Assembly (NCBI GenBank): GCA_963705475.1
Contig: CAVPJS010000030.1
Location: 147,684-211,683 of the forward strand
Source: an uncultured delta proteobacterium
GTDB taxonomy: Bacteria > Desulfobacterota > Desulfobacteria > Desulfobacterales > Desulfosarcinaceae
DNA: 64,000 nt
Direction: 5' to 3'
In this document: piece by piece, positions 26,757-36,449 of the stretch
How the letters are laid out: the number at the start of each line of letters is the position of its first letter
How positions within the stretch are numbered: the first letter of the stretch is position 1
Notes under the pieces: generated by a model
The model's database searches: none
What the model was told of the DNA's origin: nothing
What the model saw: the letters and a program-made list of their open reading frames with translations, nothing else
Made by a program: the position numbers and the translations under genes

Positions 26757-28138
26757 CCCGCCGCATCCTCATCGATCCGATAACCCGATTGGAAGGGCAC
26801 GGCCGCATCGATATTCGTCTGGATGATGCCGGCAATGTCGCACGTGCTTTTTTCCAGGTGCCTGACTTCAAGGGGTTTGAGAAGTTCTGCGAGGGGCGTG
26901 CCGCAGAAGAGTTGCCGACACTGACACAAAAGATCTGCGGGGTATGCCCCACGGCGCATCACATCGCCTCCGCCAAGGCGCTGGACGACCTGTTCGGCGT
27001 GTCACCCCCGCCGGCGGCCCTGATAATCCGTGAACTGATGCACACGGCATTCGTCCTCGAGGACCACCTGCTGCATTTTTTCTATCTTGGCGGGCCCGAC
27101 ATCCTGGTGGACGGTGACGTTCACAACGCCAGGCACGATGTATTCGGCGTCCTGCAGGTGCTGGGAGGGGCGCTTGGCAGGCGTGCGATCCAGATTCGCA
27201 AAAAAGTCCGGGCGCTGAATGGCCTGGTGAGCGGCAGCGCCCTGTACCCGGTCAACGGGCTTCCCGGCGGGGTGTCAAAGCCGGTCGCCGAAAGGGCCCG
27301 AACGACCATCGCCGAGACCGCAGCGGAAGCACTGGTGTTCGCCCGTCAGGTGTTGGCCCTGTTCCACCAGAAGGTACTGAAGCAGAAAAGATTCACCGAC
27401 ATGGCCCGAAGCGGGATCTTCTCTTTACGAACTTACTACATGGGCCTTGTTGACAAGGATTGCCGGGTCAATTTTTATGATGGCAAGCTCCGGATCGTCA
27501 CCCCTCAGGGCGGCACCTTCGCCCACTTTTCCGCCGATGCCTATTTGGACCACTTGCAGGAGCGGACAGCCCGGCGCAGTTATATGAAAATTCTCTACCT
27601 GAAGACCGTGGGGTGGAAGGGCTATGCGGCGGGCATGGACAACGGGTTATACCGGGTGGGCCCGCTGGCACGGCTCAATGCCGCGCTCGGCATGGCGACC
27701 CCCCTGGCCCAGCGCGAATATGAACGGTTGTATGATGCCGTCGGCCAAAAACCGGCCCACAACACCATGCTCTATCACTGGGCCCGCTTAATTGAGGTGC
27801 TCTACGCCGCCGAACGCATGGTGGAACTGGCCCACAGCCGCGAGCTCACCGACGCGCATGTGCGCAATTTACCCACCCGGCCCCCCACTTCTGGCGTCGG
27901 GGTCTGTGAAGCCCCCCGCGGAACCCTGATCCACCACTACCAGACCGATGCCCAGGCCATCGTGAAACGGCTCAATCTGCTGGTGGCCACCCAGAACAAT
28001 GCGGGCGCCATTTGTCTTTCCGTGGAAAAAGCGGCCCGCGCACTTATTAAAAGGGGTCACGTAACCGATAATCAATTGCACCAGGTGGAAATGGCCTACC
28101 GGGCCTACGACCCATGCCTGGCCTGTGCCACCCACTGA
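26753..28138 (+). CDS. mvhA: F420-non-reducing [NiFe] hydrogenase large subunit (MvhA-like); ends at the His of DPCxxCxxH
   Basis: Trimmed to MTRRILIDPITRLEGHGRI (ATGA overlap with mvhG). N-terminal QKICGVCPTAHH. C-terminal YDPCLACATH followed directly by the stop. Confidence 0.9.
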   Translation: MTRRILIDPITRLEGHGRIDIRLDDAGNVARAFFQVPDFKGFEKFCEGRAAEELPTLTQKICGVCPTAHHIASAKALDDLFGVSPPPAALIIRELMHTAFVLEDHLLHFFYLGGPDILVDGDVHNARHDVFGVLQVLGGALGRRAIQIRKKVRALNGLVSGSALYPVNGLPGGVSKPVAERARTTIAETAAEALVFARQVLALFHQKVLKQKRFTDMARSGIFSLRTYYMGLVDKDCRVNFYDGKLRIVTPQGGTFAHFSADAYLDHLQERTARRSYMKILYLKTVGWKGYAAGMDNGLYRVGPLARLNAALGMATPLAQREYERLYDAVGQKPAHNTMLYHWARLIEVLYAAERMVELAHSRELTDAHVRNLPTRPPTSGVGVCEAPRGTLIHHYQTDAQAIVKRLNLLVATQNNAGAICLSVEKAARALIKRGHVTDNQLHQVEMAYRAYDPCLACATH

Positions 28139-28245
28139 GGCCCGATCATCAGCGGGTCGCGGACTGGATCAAATGGATGTGGTGCGTCATTTGTCTGGGG
28201 GTTGACGGGTTATGATGGCCCGTGGATGCAAAAGGAGAGCGAATC

Positions 28246-28473
28246 ATGGGGGTAGAGATTTTGGATATGGTGGGCATGAAATGCCCGCAGCCGGTGCTGA
28301 AAATCGCCGTCAAAGCACCCGAAATGAGTCCCGGCGACATACTTGAGGTGGTCGGGGACTGTCCCACGTTCGAACGGGATGTGCGGGTATGGTGTCAGCG
28401 GCTGAAGAAAACCTTTCTCTCCATCATGGATGAAGGGGCCGGCAAGAAGCGAATCCAGATCCTGTTTGAATGA
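28246..28473 (+). CDS. TusA/SirA-like sulfurtransferase
   Basis: AAGGAG RBS. MGVEILDMVGMKCPQPVLK has the CPxP active-site motif. Confidence 0.8.
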   Translation: MGVEILDMVGMKCPQPVLKIAVKAPEMSPGDILEVVGDCPTFERDVRVWCQRLKKTFLSIMDEGAGKKRIQILFE

Positions 28474-28584
28474 ACGCAAGCAGGTGACTTTTTTGGCGAT
28501 GAGATTCATGCGTGCGAACCAGGGTCATCGTCACCGGGTGATCCAAGGCGCCCGTCACCATCGTTACAAACGAGAACCGGATCA

Positions 28585-31174
28585 ATGAACGACAAAATCA
28601 AGTGCGACCTTTTTTTTAACTGCAGGGAAGCTGGTTGTCCGGCCTACGAATCGGAAGAAACGCGATGCTGGCTGATTGACGACACCCGTTGCCGGGGTGC
28701 CGTACAGGACAATTTTCTGACCAAAGTGGACCTGTGCCTCAAGTGCCCGGTGTTCAAGAACAATATGGACCCGGACGCCATGGAGGCCTCCTGCGCCATG
28801 ATATCCCGCCAATTCACGGAAGCTCGCAAGGCACTGGATGCGCGGGACCGGCAACTGGAGTCGGTCAGCATGGAGATGGCCATCGGCCTCTCCGAAACCT
28901 TCGATGCCCTGAAAAAAATTGCCGCCGGTGATCCCCTGGTGCAGCTCGATGAACGCTCCAGTCTCGAATTGATCGTCAAACTCAAACAGATGGTCAACCG
29001 GACCGCCAGGCATATGGGTGATATGGTTGATATGACTCATGAATTTGCCATAGGATTGGCCGAGCATTTCGATGTTCTGCACCGGGTCGGCGCCGGTGAT
29101 CTGGATGCCCGCGTCCACGGGGAATCGGCGGTCGAGCTGCTGGAATCCCTCAAGACCATCACCAACCGGATGATCGTCAGCGTAAAGGAGGAGATCGATC
29201 ACCGCCATCGGGTCACGCAGGACCTCAAGACCAGCGAGGAGTGCTTTCGTACCTTCGCGGAAAACGCACCCATCGGCATTACCATCATGAACCCCGACCT
29301 TACCTTCTCTTATATCAATCCAACGTTTACCGACATGTTCGGATACACGCTCGCAGACATTCCGGACAAACCGACCTGGTTCAATAAGGCCTACCCGGAC
29401 CCGGCCTACCGGAAGCGGATGGTTGCAATATGGGAATCCTATGGAAGCGAGGCCGGCAGGATCGGCGAAGTCAGGCCGATCACCTTAGAGGTGCGCTGCA
29501 AGAACGGATTGAGTAAAGTCATCAGCTTCCGGACCGTGATCATGGAAAATGGCAGGCATTTCGTCACCTATGCGGACATCACCCGCCAGGCTCGGGCGCA
29601 GGAGGTCCTCAAGGAATCAGAGGAGAAGTACCGCACGCTCATCGACAACATCCAAGATGGTGTGATCCTCATCGAGGAGGACCGATTTCTTTTTGTCAAT
29701 GAGGCCATGGCACGAATAACCGGCTATACTGTCGCCGAGTTGATCGGCATTGAATTTCAGCGTGGTCATTGCCCCGGAAGATGTTCAAATGGTTGTCGAT
29801 CGCTATCGCCGGCACCGGACGGGAGAGGACGTGAAGCGCAGCTACGAATGTCGCCTGCTGCACAAGGATGGGAAAACCCGCCTGATCGCCAGCATCCACG
29901 TCGGAATCATCAACTACCAGAACCGGGTGGTGACCATCGGCACCGTCAAGGACATCACGGACCGAAAAATAGCCGCAGAGGAACGGCGCAAAATGGCCGA
30001 GCGGCTGCAGCGGTCAAAAAAAATGGAAGCCATCGGCGCCCTGGCCGGTGGTGTCGCCCACGATCTGAACAACATCCTTTCCGGCATCGTGAGTTATCCG
30101 GAGCTGCTGCTCATGGATCTGCCTGACGACAGCCCGCTGAAGGAACCCATTTTAACGATCCAAAAATCCGGAGAACGGGCGGCGGCCATCGTCAATGATC
30201 TGCTGACCCTCGCTCGACGCGGAGTGGCCAATATGGTGGCCGTCGATTTCAATCAAACCGTGACCGACTATCTGGAAAGTCCAGAATTCTCAAAACTGGC
30301 CTCCTTTCATCCCCGAATGACCGTTGAGCGCCGACTTTCCGAGGACCTGCTCTATGTCCTTGGGTCGCCGGTCCATCTGTCCAAAACAATAATGAACCTG
30401 GTTTCCAACGCCGCCGAAGCCATGCCGGAAGGCGGACAGATAACCATATCCACGGAGAACCGGTATGTGGAACGGCGCCTCAAAGGGTATGATGAAGTCA
30501 TTGAAGGCGAGTACGCCACCCTGACGGTGGCAGATACCGGCGTGGGAATGTCGCCCAGCGACATCGAACAGATCTTCGAGCCCTTTTATACCAAAAAAGT
30601 CATGGGCAGAAGCGGCACGGGTCTGGGAATGGCCGTGGTGTGGGGTACGGTCAAGGATCACAAGGGTTACATCGACTTGAAAAGCGCCGAAGGGAGGGGA
30701 ACCTCGGTAACGCTTTACTTCCCAATTACCAGGAAGCATTTGCCTGAACGCGCTGAAACGTCTTCCATCGACGCCATCCTGGGCGACGGCCAAACGATTC
30801 TGGTGGTGGACGACATGCCGGAACAGCGCAGGATTGTCTCCGCCATGCTGAACCGGTTGGGGTATACCGTTGCCGCTGTTCCCAGCGGGGAGGCCGCGGT
30901 GGACTATCTCAAAAACCATCCAGTGGATCTCATGGTCCTTGACATGATCATGGCCCCGGGCATGGACGGCCTGGAAACGTACCAGAGGGTATCGACGTTC
31001 AAGCCAGGGCAGAGAGCCATTGTTGCCAGCGGCTTCTCTGAAAACGATCGGGTGAAATCCCTGCAGCGGCTGGGGGTCGACGAATATCTGAAGAAACCGT
31101 ACACGCTAGAAAAAATCGGCTTGGCGATCAAGAGAACCCTCGCCGACATCCGGCCCGCTTCTAACGTGCGCTGA
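28585..31174 (+). pseudogene. Cytoplasmic hybrid sensor histidine kinase (Cys-rich N-domain, two HAMP-like repeats, two PAS, HisKA-HATPase, receiver), frame broken by a 1-nt indel at about 29746-29752
   Basis: ORF 28585..30126 loses homology after ...TGYTVAELIG. ORF 29750..31174 continues the same PAS domain in the +1 frame (LNFSVVIAPEDVQMVVDRYRRHRTGEDV...). One extra base (A at 29749) separates the frames. Confidence 0.8.
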
Positions 31175-31290
31175 GAAATCATCATAAAGCGATACGATCA
31201 TATGCCTGAGGCGCATCGATCGGCATGGTGCGCCGATCGAGATCGCACGGCCAAAGCACGCACCGACGCTTGGCCACGGCCATGTCGCGG

Positions 31291-33609
31291 CTAAATCAGA
31301 TGTTTCGTGGCCTTGTAAAGCACCGGGCTGGTGCAAACTTCGTAATACTTACGGTGAGTCACATTCTTCTGACTGAGGTCCTTGGGGTTGACCGCGGGCA
31401 CGTCGGCTTCGCGCAGCACCAGGCGTTGGTATCGGCCGGACTTGGTGGGAAATTTGCCCGTGAAGAGACGGACCTTGTCGAGCTGAAGGGCGGGAATGTT
31501 TCCGTAAAACTGCTTCAGGTCGATCTCCTGAGCCAGCTTGCGGAATCCGGCCTCGTTCAACTCAATGCCGTTGACGTTGTATCGCAGTAAAAGGTCGTCC
31601 GCCGTCTGCTGCATTTCCGCATCCGTAGCCCCCTGAAAGACAAACAGGTTGAAGGGGCTGGTGTTCTTGCGGATGATCCGCCGCACGGATTTGTGGCATC
31701 CGGAAAGGCGGTCGGCCTGGTTGATGGCCGGGGATATCATGATGCGGTTGTCCCCGTCGAAAAGAAAGGTGGGCGCGTCCGCCCGATGGCAGATGCCGAT
31801 GCCCAGTTCAAGGATCGGCAGCTGGTATTCCTGACTCTTCTTGTTGTAGCGGTTGATAATCATCAGCACGTTGATGGCCATGCCGCAGGACCGGGCCACG
31901 CTGTACCAGCCGCTGGGCGTATCCTCTCGCTCGAAGATGGATAGGATGATGGCATCGCCTTCGATGAACACCTTATGGGCGTCATATTCCGCAAGGATGT
32001 CGGAAATGGGGTCGAAAAAATTGAAACTGAAGTAGGAGGCCGGGTTGAGTCCGCGTTCGTTCATTTGATGGGTAATATCCGTCGATCCGCGCAGATCGGC
32101 CTTGATGATGGTGTGGTTCATGATCGGTTTTTCACCCATTTCCTGCTCATGGGGCAACAGAAATTCATACAGGGTGCGGTTGGCCTTGGATAGCGCCAGG
32201 ATTTTTTTGTCGGTGACGAGATTGATCCGCTCCGCCGCATCACGATAAATCGTGAAACAGCAAAAATCGCGATGATAGCGGGAGAAGGCCCGGAGAAATC
32301 GAACCAGGTATTGCTTTTTCCGTCGGCTGCCCATTCGCTCCATCTGAACCACCTTGCGGTTGAGCGGCCACATGCGGAATGTCTTTCCATACAGCTGTTT
32401 CAGACGATTGAGCCGGTTTTTCACCAGCTTTCGACTCCTGGGGTTGATCAGGTACTGCAGCACTTGTTGAGGGACAAGGGGGGGGCAGTAGTCGCGATAA
32501 AGCGGCTGCATTTCGTATGAAGCCGTAATCCGCTCCATGAGGCCGGTTCGGGAAAACTGACGAAAAAAATAGCCCATCAACAAACGCTGGTTTTTCATCC
32601 TCAACCGGTGGGATCGGCGGGTCTCCTTGTCTGCTTTGGCTCGCTTTAAGGCTTTGTATTGTTTCTTGGCCAGATCCCGGTTTAACAGCAGATCGATGTT
32701 TTCCGGACGTTTGATCCACTGATCCAGACGCTGCAGCTGAAATCTTTTGGCTTCATCATCGCCCGGCAGTTCGGCAGCGGATATCTCACGGCGTCGCCGG
32801 TCCAGCGTCCAGCTGATCGCAGCGGTTTCCTCCAGGTCGAGGAAACCGAAAATGCTGCGCATGAGACTGAGCATCATTTCGTAGCGGTCCGGATCTTCGA
32901 CACGACGCCCCAGACAGAGGTCATACTCTTCGATCATGAAGTGGTCGTTGAACGGATTGTCCATGTGAACGATGGGATTGGTGAGCAGATCGAAAAGAAA
33001 TGGCAGATCCTGGCCGAACACCGCTTCGCGCATTTCCCGAATGTCGGTTTCCCGAATCTCCCTGAAAGATCCACAAAGCGCCAGCCCCACCTTCTGCTGC
33101 ACCGATTCACGGCGCTGAAGGACATGGGCCAGGTTCTCCTTGAGTTTGAGTGCCTTCTTTTGATCCTCGTGGTGGGCCAGGTCCGACCGGCGGATGGCGC
33201 TTTTACAATGGCCGATCAAAATGTCGTACTGTTTGCGGATTTCGTCGTGGACCATGGAGAGAATGGCGATCTGGGCCAGAAAATCAACCTGCATCTCTTT
33301 GGCTGCCCTGGCTTTGTTGACCGCATCACTCATGATCTGGCCGTAGAGTTGACGGTAGCCTTCCTGCTCTCTGGCGAGCACACTCATCCGCTTTTTTTCA
33401 GAAGTGGTCCAGATTCCGGTTTCACGCTCGATGAGAAGGGCGGCCAGCTTGGCCGTGGCGCTGCAGAACGAAGGACTCAAGCGCACGTCGCAGCGGATGT
33501 TGTCCACTCCCAGAACCAAACGATCCAGTGAAAAGTCGGTGGCGTAGGACTCCATGGGGAAATCTTTGAGCCCGGGCAGTCTGGGTTGGAATTTTAAAAA
33601 ATCGAACAT
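31291..33609 (-). CDS. Large hypothetical protein with a C-terminal class III nucleotidyl-cyclase-like domain
   Basis: 772 aa. About aa 498-640: IIKADLRGSTDIT...VFIEGDAIILSIF...LELGIGICHR...ISPAINQADRL, which matches the D-x-x-G-x-T / GDA / N-x-A-x-R pattern of cyclase homology domains. I do not recognise the N-terminal ~500 aa. Confidence 0.65.
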   Translation of the reverse strand: MFDFLKFQPRLPGLKDFPMESYATDFSLDRLVLGVDNIRCDVRLSPSFCSATAKLAALLIERETGIWTTSEKKRMSVLAREQEGYRQLYGQIMSDAVNKARAAKEMQVDFLAQIAILSMVHDEIRKQYDILIGHCKSAIRRSDLAHHEDQKKALKLKENLAHVLQRRESVQQKVGLALCGSFREIRETDIREMREAVFGQDLPFLFDLLTNPIVHMDNPFNDHFMIEEYDLCLGRRVEDPDRYEMMLSLMRSIFGFLDLEETAAISWTLDRRRREISAAELPGDDEAKRFQLQRLDQWIKRPENIDLLLNRDLAKKQYKALKRAKADKETRRSHRLRMKNQRLLMGYFFRQFSRTGLMERITASYEMQPLYRDYCPPLVPQQVLQYLINPRSRKLVKNRLNRLKQLYGKTFRMWPLNRKVVQMERMGSRRKKQYLVRFLRAFSRYHRDFCCFTIYRDAAERINLVTDKKILALSKANRTLYEFLLPHEQEMGEKPIMNHTIIKADLRGSTDITHQMNERGLNPASYFSFNFFDPISDILAEYDAHKVFIEGDAIILSIFEREDTPSGWYSVARSCGMAINVLMIINRYNKKSQEYQLPILELGIGICHRADAPTFLFDGDNRIMISPAINQADRLSGCHKSVRRIIRKNTSPFNLFVFQGATDAEMQQTADDLLLRYNVNGIELNEAGFRKLAQEIDLKQFYGNIPALQLDKVRLFTGKFPTKSGRYQRLVLREADVPAVNPKDLSQKNVTHRKYYEVCTSPVLYKATKHLI

Positions 33610-33911
33610 CCCTGCGCGTTCCGTCCGCTGTTTGAGAAAGGAAAAGACCTGATCAACCCTTTGTTACCTTTACCATTTGGCACTTGTGGTGTCCATATAA
33701 TTAACCCGGCAACCAAAGCCATAAACATGGCCCGGCAATGGGAACAAAGGATTTACACAGGCCTCGACCACGCCTATCGGGAAGGATGGCCGCCCGGCAA
33801 TAGCTGCCGCCGCCACGGTCAGGTCTGGACAAGCAGACGGTCACCCGCTAAATTAGGTTTCGCAACACTTGTCACAATCTTGACCCTACCCCATCGTGAA
33901 AGGGAGCATCC

Positions 33912-35246
33912 ATGGCATCCATGCTTATCACAAATGCATTGACGGTAAATGAAGGTCGATCGACCCATCAGGACCTGCTGATTCGTGACGGCCGCATTGA
34001 CGCGATCGGCGGGGATCTGTCCGGCAGAAACGCAGGCCGGGTCATCGATGCCGACGGCCGGGCGCTGTTTCCGGGGATGATCGACGATCAGGTTCATTTC
34101 CGTGAGCCGGGCCTGACCCACAAGGGGGATATCCGTTCGGAATCCCGCGCGGCGGTAGCCGGCGGGATCACCAGCTATATGGAAATGCCCAACACATCGC
34201 CGCCCACCACCACCATCGACCGGCTGGAGGAGAAGCACCGCATTGCCCGGAACAGCTCGTTTGCCAACTACAGTTTCTACCTGGGAGGCGCCAATGACAA
34301 CATCGAGGCCGTCAAGCGGCTCGACCCTAAACAGGCCTGCGGTGTGAAGGTGTTCATGGGCGCCTCAACCGGAAACATGCTGGTGGACGACCCCGTTGCC
34401 CTGGAACAGATCTTTACCCACAGCCCGACCATCGTGGCCACCCACTGCGAGGACAGCCCCACCATCGATGAAAACACCCGGCGGTTTCTGGCCATCCACG
34501 GCGAAGACATCCCCATCGCGCTTCACCCGGCCATCCGCAGCGAAGCGGCCTGCTACCGGTCAACGACCCTGGCTGTGGAACTGGCCCGCCGGTGCAACAC
34601 CCGGCTGCACGTTCTGCACCTGAGCACGGCCAAGGAGTTGGCACTTCTCTCTTCAATGCCGTTGGAAGAAAAACGGATCACCGCCGAGGTCTGTGTCCAT
34701 CATCTGCTCTTCTCGGGAACCGACTACAGAGACAAAGGCAACCTGATCAAATGCAACCCGGCGATCAAAACAGAGGCAGACCGCCAAAAATTGCTGGCGG
34801 CATTGCAGGCGGGAACGATCGACGTGGTGGGAACGGACCACGCGCCACACACCCTGGCGGAAAAACAGCGGTCCTACATCAAGGCGCCCTCGGGCCTGCC
34901 ATTGGTGCAGCATGCCTTGGTCAGCCTGTTGGAGCATGTTCATGATCGGGCCCTCTCCTTGGAACAGGTGCCGGAAAAGACGGCCCATAACCCGGCGCGC
35001 CTATTTGCGGTAAAGGAGCGGGGGTATCTTCGAGAAGGTTACTGGGCGGATCTGGTGCTGGTCGACTTGAAACGACCCACTGTCGTAGACGACCAGCCGG
35101 TGCACTACCATTGCGGATGGACACCCTTTGCCGGACGCACCTTCCGGTCGAGCGTCGCAGCAACCTTTGTTTCCGGACATCTTGCCTATTTCGATGGAAA
35201 AATCGATGCAAGGCATGCAGGCATGCGCCTGGAATTCGAGCGGTAG
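33912..35246 (+). CDS. pyrC: Dihydroorotase
   Basis: 444 aa. GMIDDQVHFREPG (HxH metal site), GGITSYMEMPNT, GTDHAPH. Confidence 0.9.
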   Translation: MASMLITNALTVNEGRSTHQDLLIRDGRIDAIGGDLSGRNAGRVIDADGRALFPGMIDDQVHFREPGLTHKGDIRSESRAAVAGGITSYMEMPNTSPPTTTIDRLEEKHRIARNSSFANYSFYLGGANDNIEAVKRLDPKQACGVKVFMGASTGNMLVDDPVALEQIFTHSPTIVATHCEDSPTIDENTRRFLAIHGEDIPIALHPAIRSEAACYRSTTLAVELARRCNTRLHVLHLSTAKELALLSSMPLEEKRITAEVCVHHLLFSGTDYRDKGNLIKCNPAIKTEADRQKLLAALQAGTIDVVGTDHAPHTLAEKQRSYIKAPSGLPLVQHALVSLLEHVHDRALSLEQVPEKTAHNPARLFAVKERGYLREGYWADLVLVDLKRPTVVDDQPVHYHCGWTPFAGRTFRSSVAATFVSGHLAYFDGKIDARHAGMRLEFER

Positions 35247-35254
35247 GCCGTCGA

Positions 35255-35830
35255 TTAAAAAAGAAACGCCAGCGCACGATGGTCTCTTAAGATATTTACG
35301 CCAATCGCCAGAAGGACGACTCCCCCCATCATTTCCGCCCAGCGGCTCAGCTGCGCCATGTCACCGATCACCTTTCCCAGGTGCACACCGACCGTGGTGA
35401 AAACACCGGCCACCAATCCGATGATCAGCGCCGGCGTCCAGATGGAGACATTGATCATGGAAAGGCTCAGGCCCACGGCCAGGGCGTCGATACTGGTGGC
35501 CACGGACAGCATTACCATCGTCATGCCTTTGGTGGGGTCCTTGGCGTCTGCCGCCACCGATTCCCCCTTGAATGCGGATCGAAGCATTCCCTGGGCCACG
35601 AAAACGAGCAGGGCGAAGGCGACCCAGTGGTCGTAGGCCTCGATGCGGCTTCGGATGGTGAATCCGGCACTCCAGCCGATGACGGGCATCATGGCCTGAA
35701 AAAGGCCGAAGTGCCAGGCCAACCGAAAGGTCTGGCGCGCGCTGACGGTCCTGAGGGAAACCCCCGAGGCGATGGAGACGGCAAAGGCATCCATGGCCAG
35801 CGCCACGGCAAGGGCCAGTGTGTTGATCAT
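35255..35830 (-). CDS. mntP: Manganese efflux pump MntP
   Basis: MINTLALAVALAMDAFAVSIASG and a second DALAVGLS repeat. About 6 transmembrane segments. The ORF could alternatively start at the GTG at 35836. Confidence 0.9.
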   Translation of the reverse strand: MINTLALAVALAMDAFAVSIASGVSLRTVSARQTFRLAWHFGLFQAMMPVIGWSAGFTIRSRIEAYDHWVAFALLVFVAQGMLRSAFKGESVAADAKDPTKGMTMVMLSVATSIDALAVGLSLSMINVSIWTPALIIGLVAGVFTTVGVHLGKVIGDMAQLSRWAEMMGGVVLLAIGVNILRDHRALAFLF

Positions 35831-35896
35831 TTCCACTAATCGATGTCCTGATGTCGGTAGTTGCGGCCCCGTTGGTTACGACCGGCCGGGCGCACA

Positions 35897-35932
35897 AATA
35901 AAAAAGGGCCCGGTGGGTGCGACCTGGGCCCC
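35897..35932 (-). terminator. Intrinsic terminator after the 107-aa ORF
   Basis: Minus strand: GGGCCCAGGT-cgcaccc-ACCGGGCCC followed by TTTTTTATTT. Confidence 0.7.
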
Positions 35933-36005
35933 AAGTATTAAACACCGGTCCGGCATGAAAACGGTTGAGCGGAACAAGGCCGAACCGGTTTGCGGTTGGT
36001 AAAAA

Positions 36006-36329
36006 CTACCGTTGGGCAGAACGGGGTGCCTTACCCGCCAGCGGGTTGTAAAGCTTCATGATGGCGAATTTCATGACATCCAGGGTTTTCGTCTCGGCGA
36101 TGATCCCAAGCAGCTTGTCTTCGGCCTCGGCGGGCAGCGTACAGGCCTTGTCAACGTCACAGGCCAGGCCCGTAAACCCTTTGGTGAGTTTCTTGTACTC
36201 CTTGGCGGTCATCTCCACCTGAATGGCCTCTTTTCCGCCGATGGTGACGATCTTGTCTGACAAACCGGCAGCATCGATCGTGGCCTTCTTCGCGTCATCC
36301 AGAATCACGTTAATGTAATAGTCAGCCAT
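36006..36329 (-). CDS. Hypothetical protein (107 aa), apparently monocistronic
   Basis: AAGGAGAGG RBS, its own terminator, coding-like composition. No family recognised. Confidence 0.6.
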   Translation of the reverse strand: MADYYINVILDDAKKATIDAAGLSDKIVTIGGKEAIQVEMTAKEYKKLTKGFTGLACDVDKACTLPAEAEDKLLGIIAETKTLDVMKFAIMKLYNPLAGKAPRSAQR

Positions 36330-36449
36330 CTTGTCGCCTCTCCTTGTTGAAATGAATGTGGGTGATAAAAAATCTCCGGGTGGGGGCTTTTTTACAAAAT
36401 ATCACCTCGCCGGTCAAGAATGGATTTGATCGATTGCCACAGCAAAGCA

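Noticed and set aside
28585-31174. Annotating 28585..30126 and 29750..31174 as two overlapping genes, or as programmed frameshifting.
   Set aside because: The break falls in the middle of a PAS domain. The tail of the first ORF is non-homologous Arg/Pro-rich read-through. No slippery heptamer or stimulatory structure is evident at 29740-29760.
35837-36005. Possible yybP-ykoY (Mn2+) riboswitch in the mntP leader.
   Set aside because: I could not find the conserved GGGGAGUAG-type and paired loop motifs. The hairpin plus U-tract here (35897..35932) directly follows the stop of the upstream 107-aa ORF, so it is better explained as that gene's terminator. A covariance-model scan would settle it.
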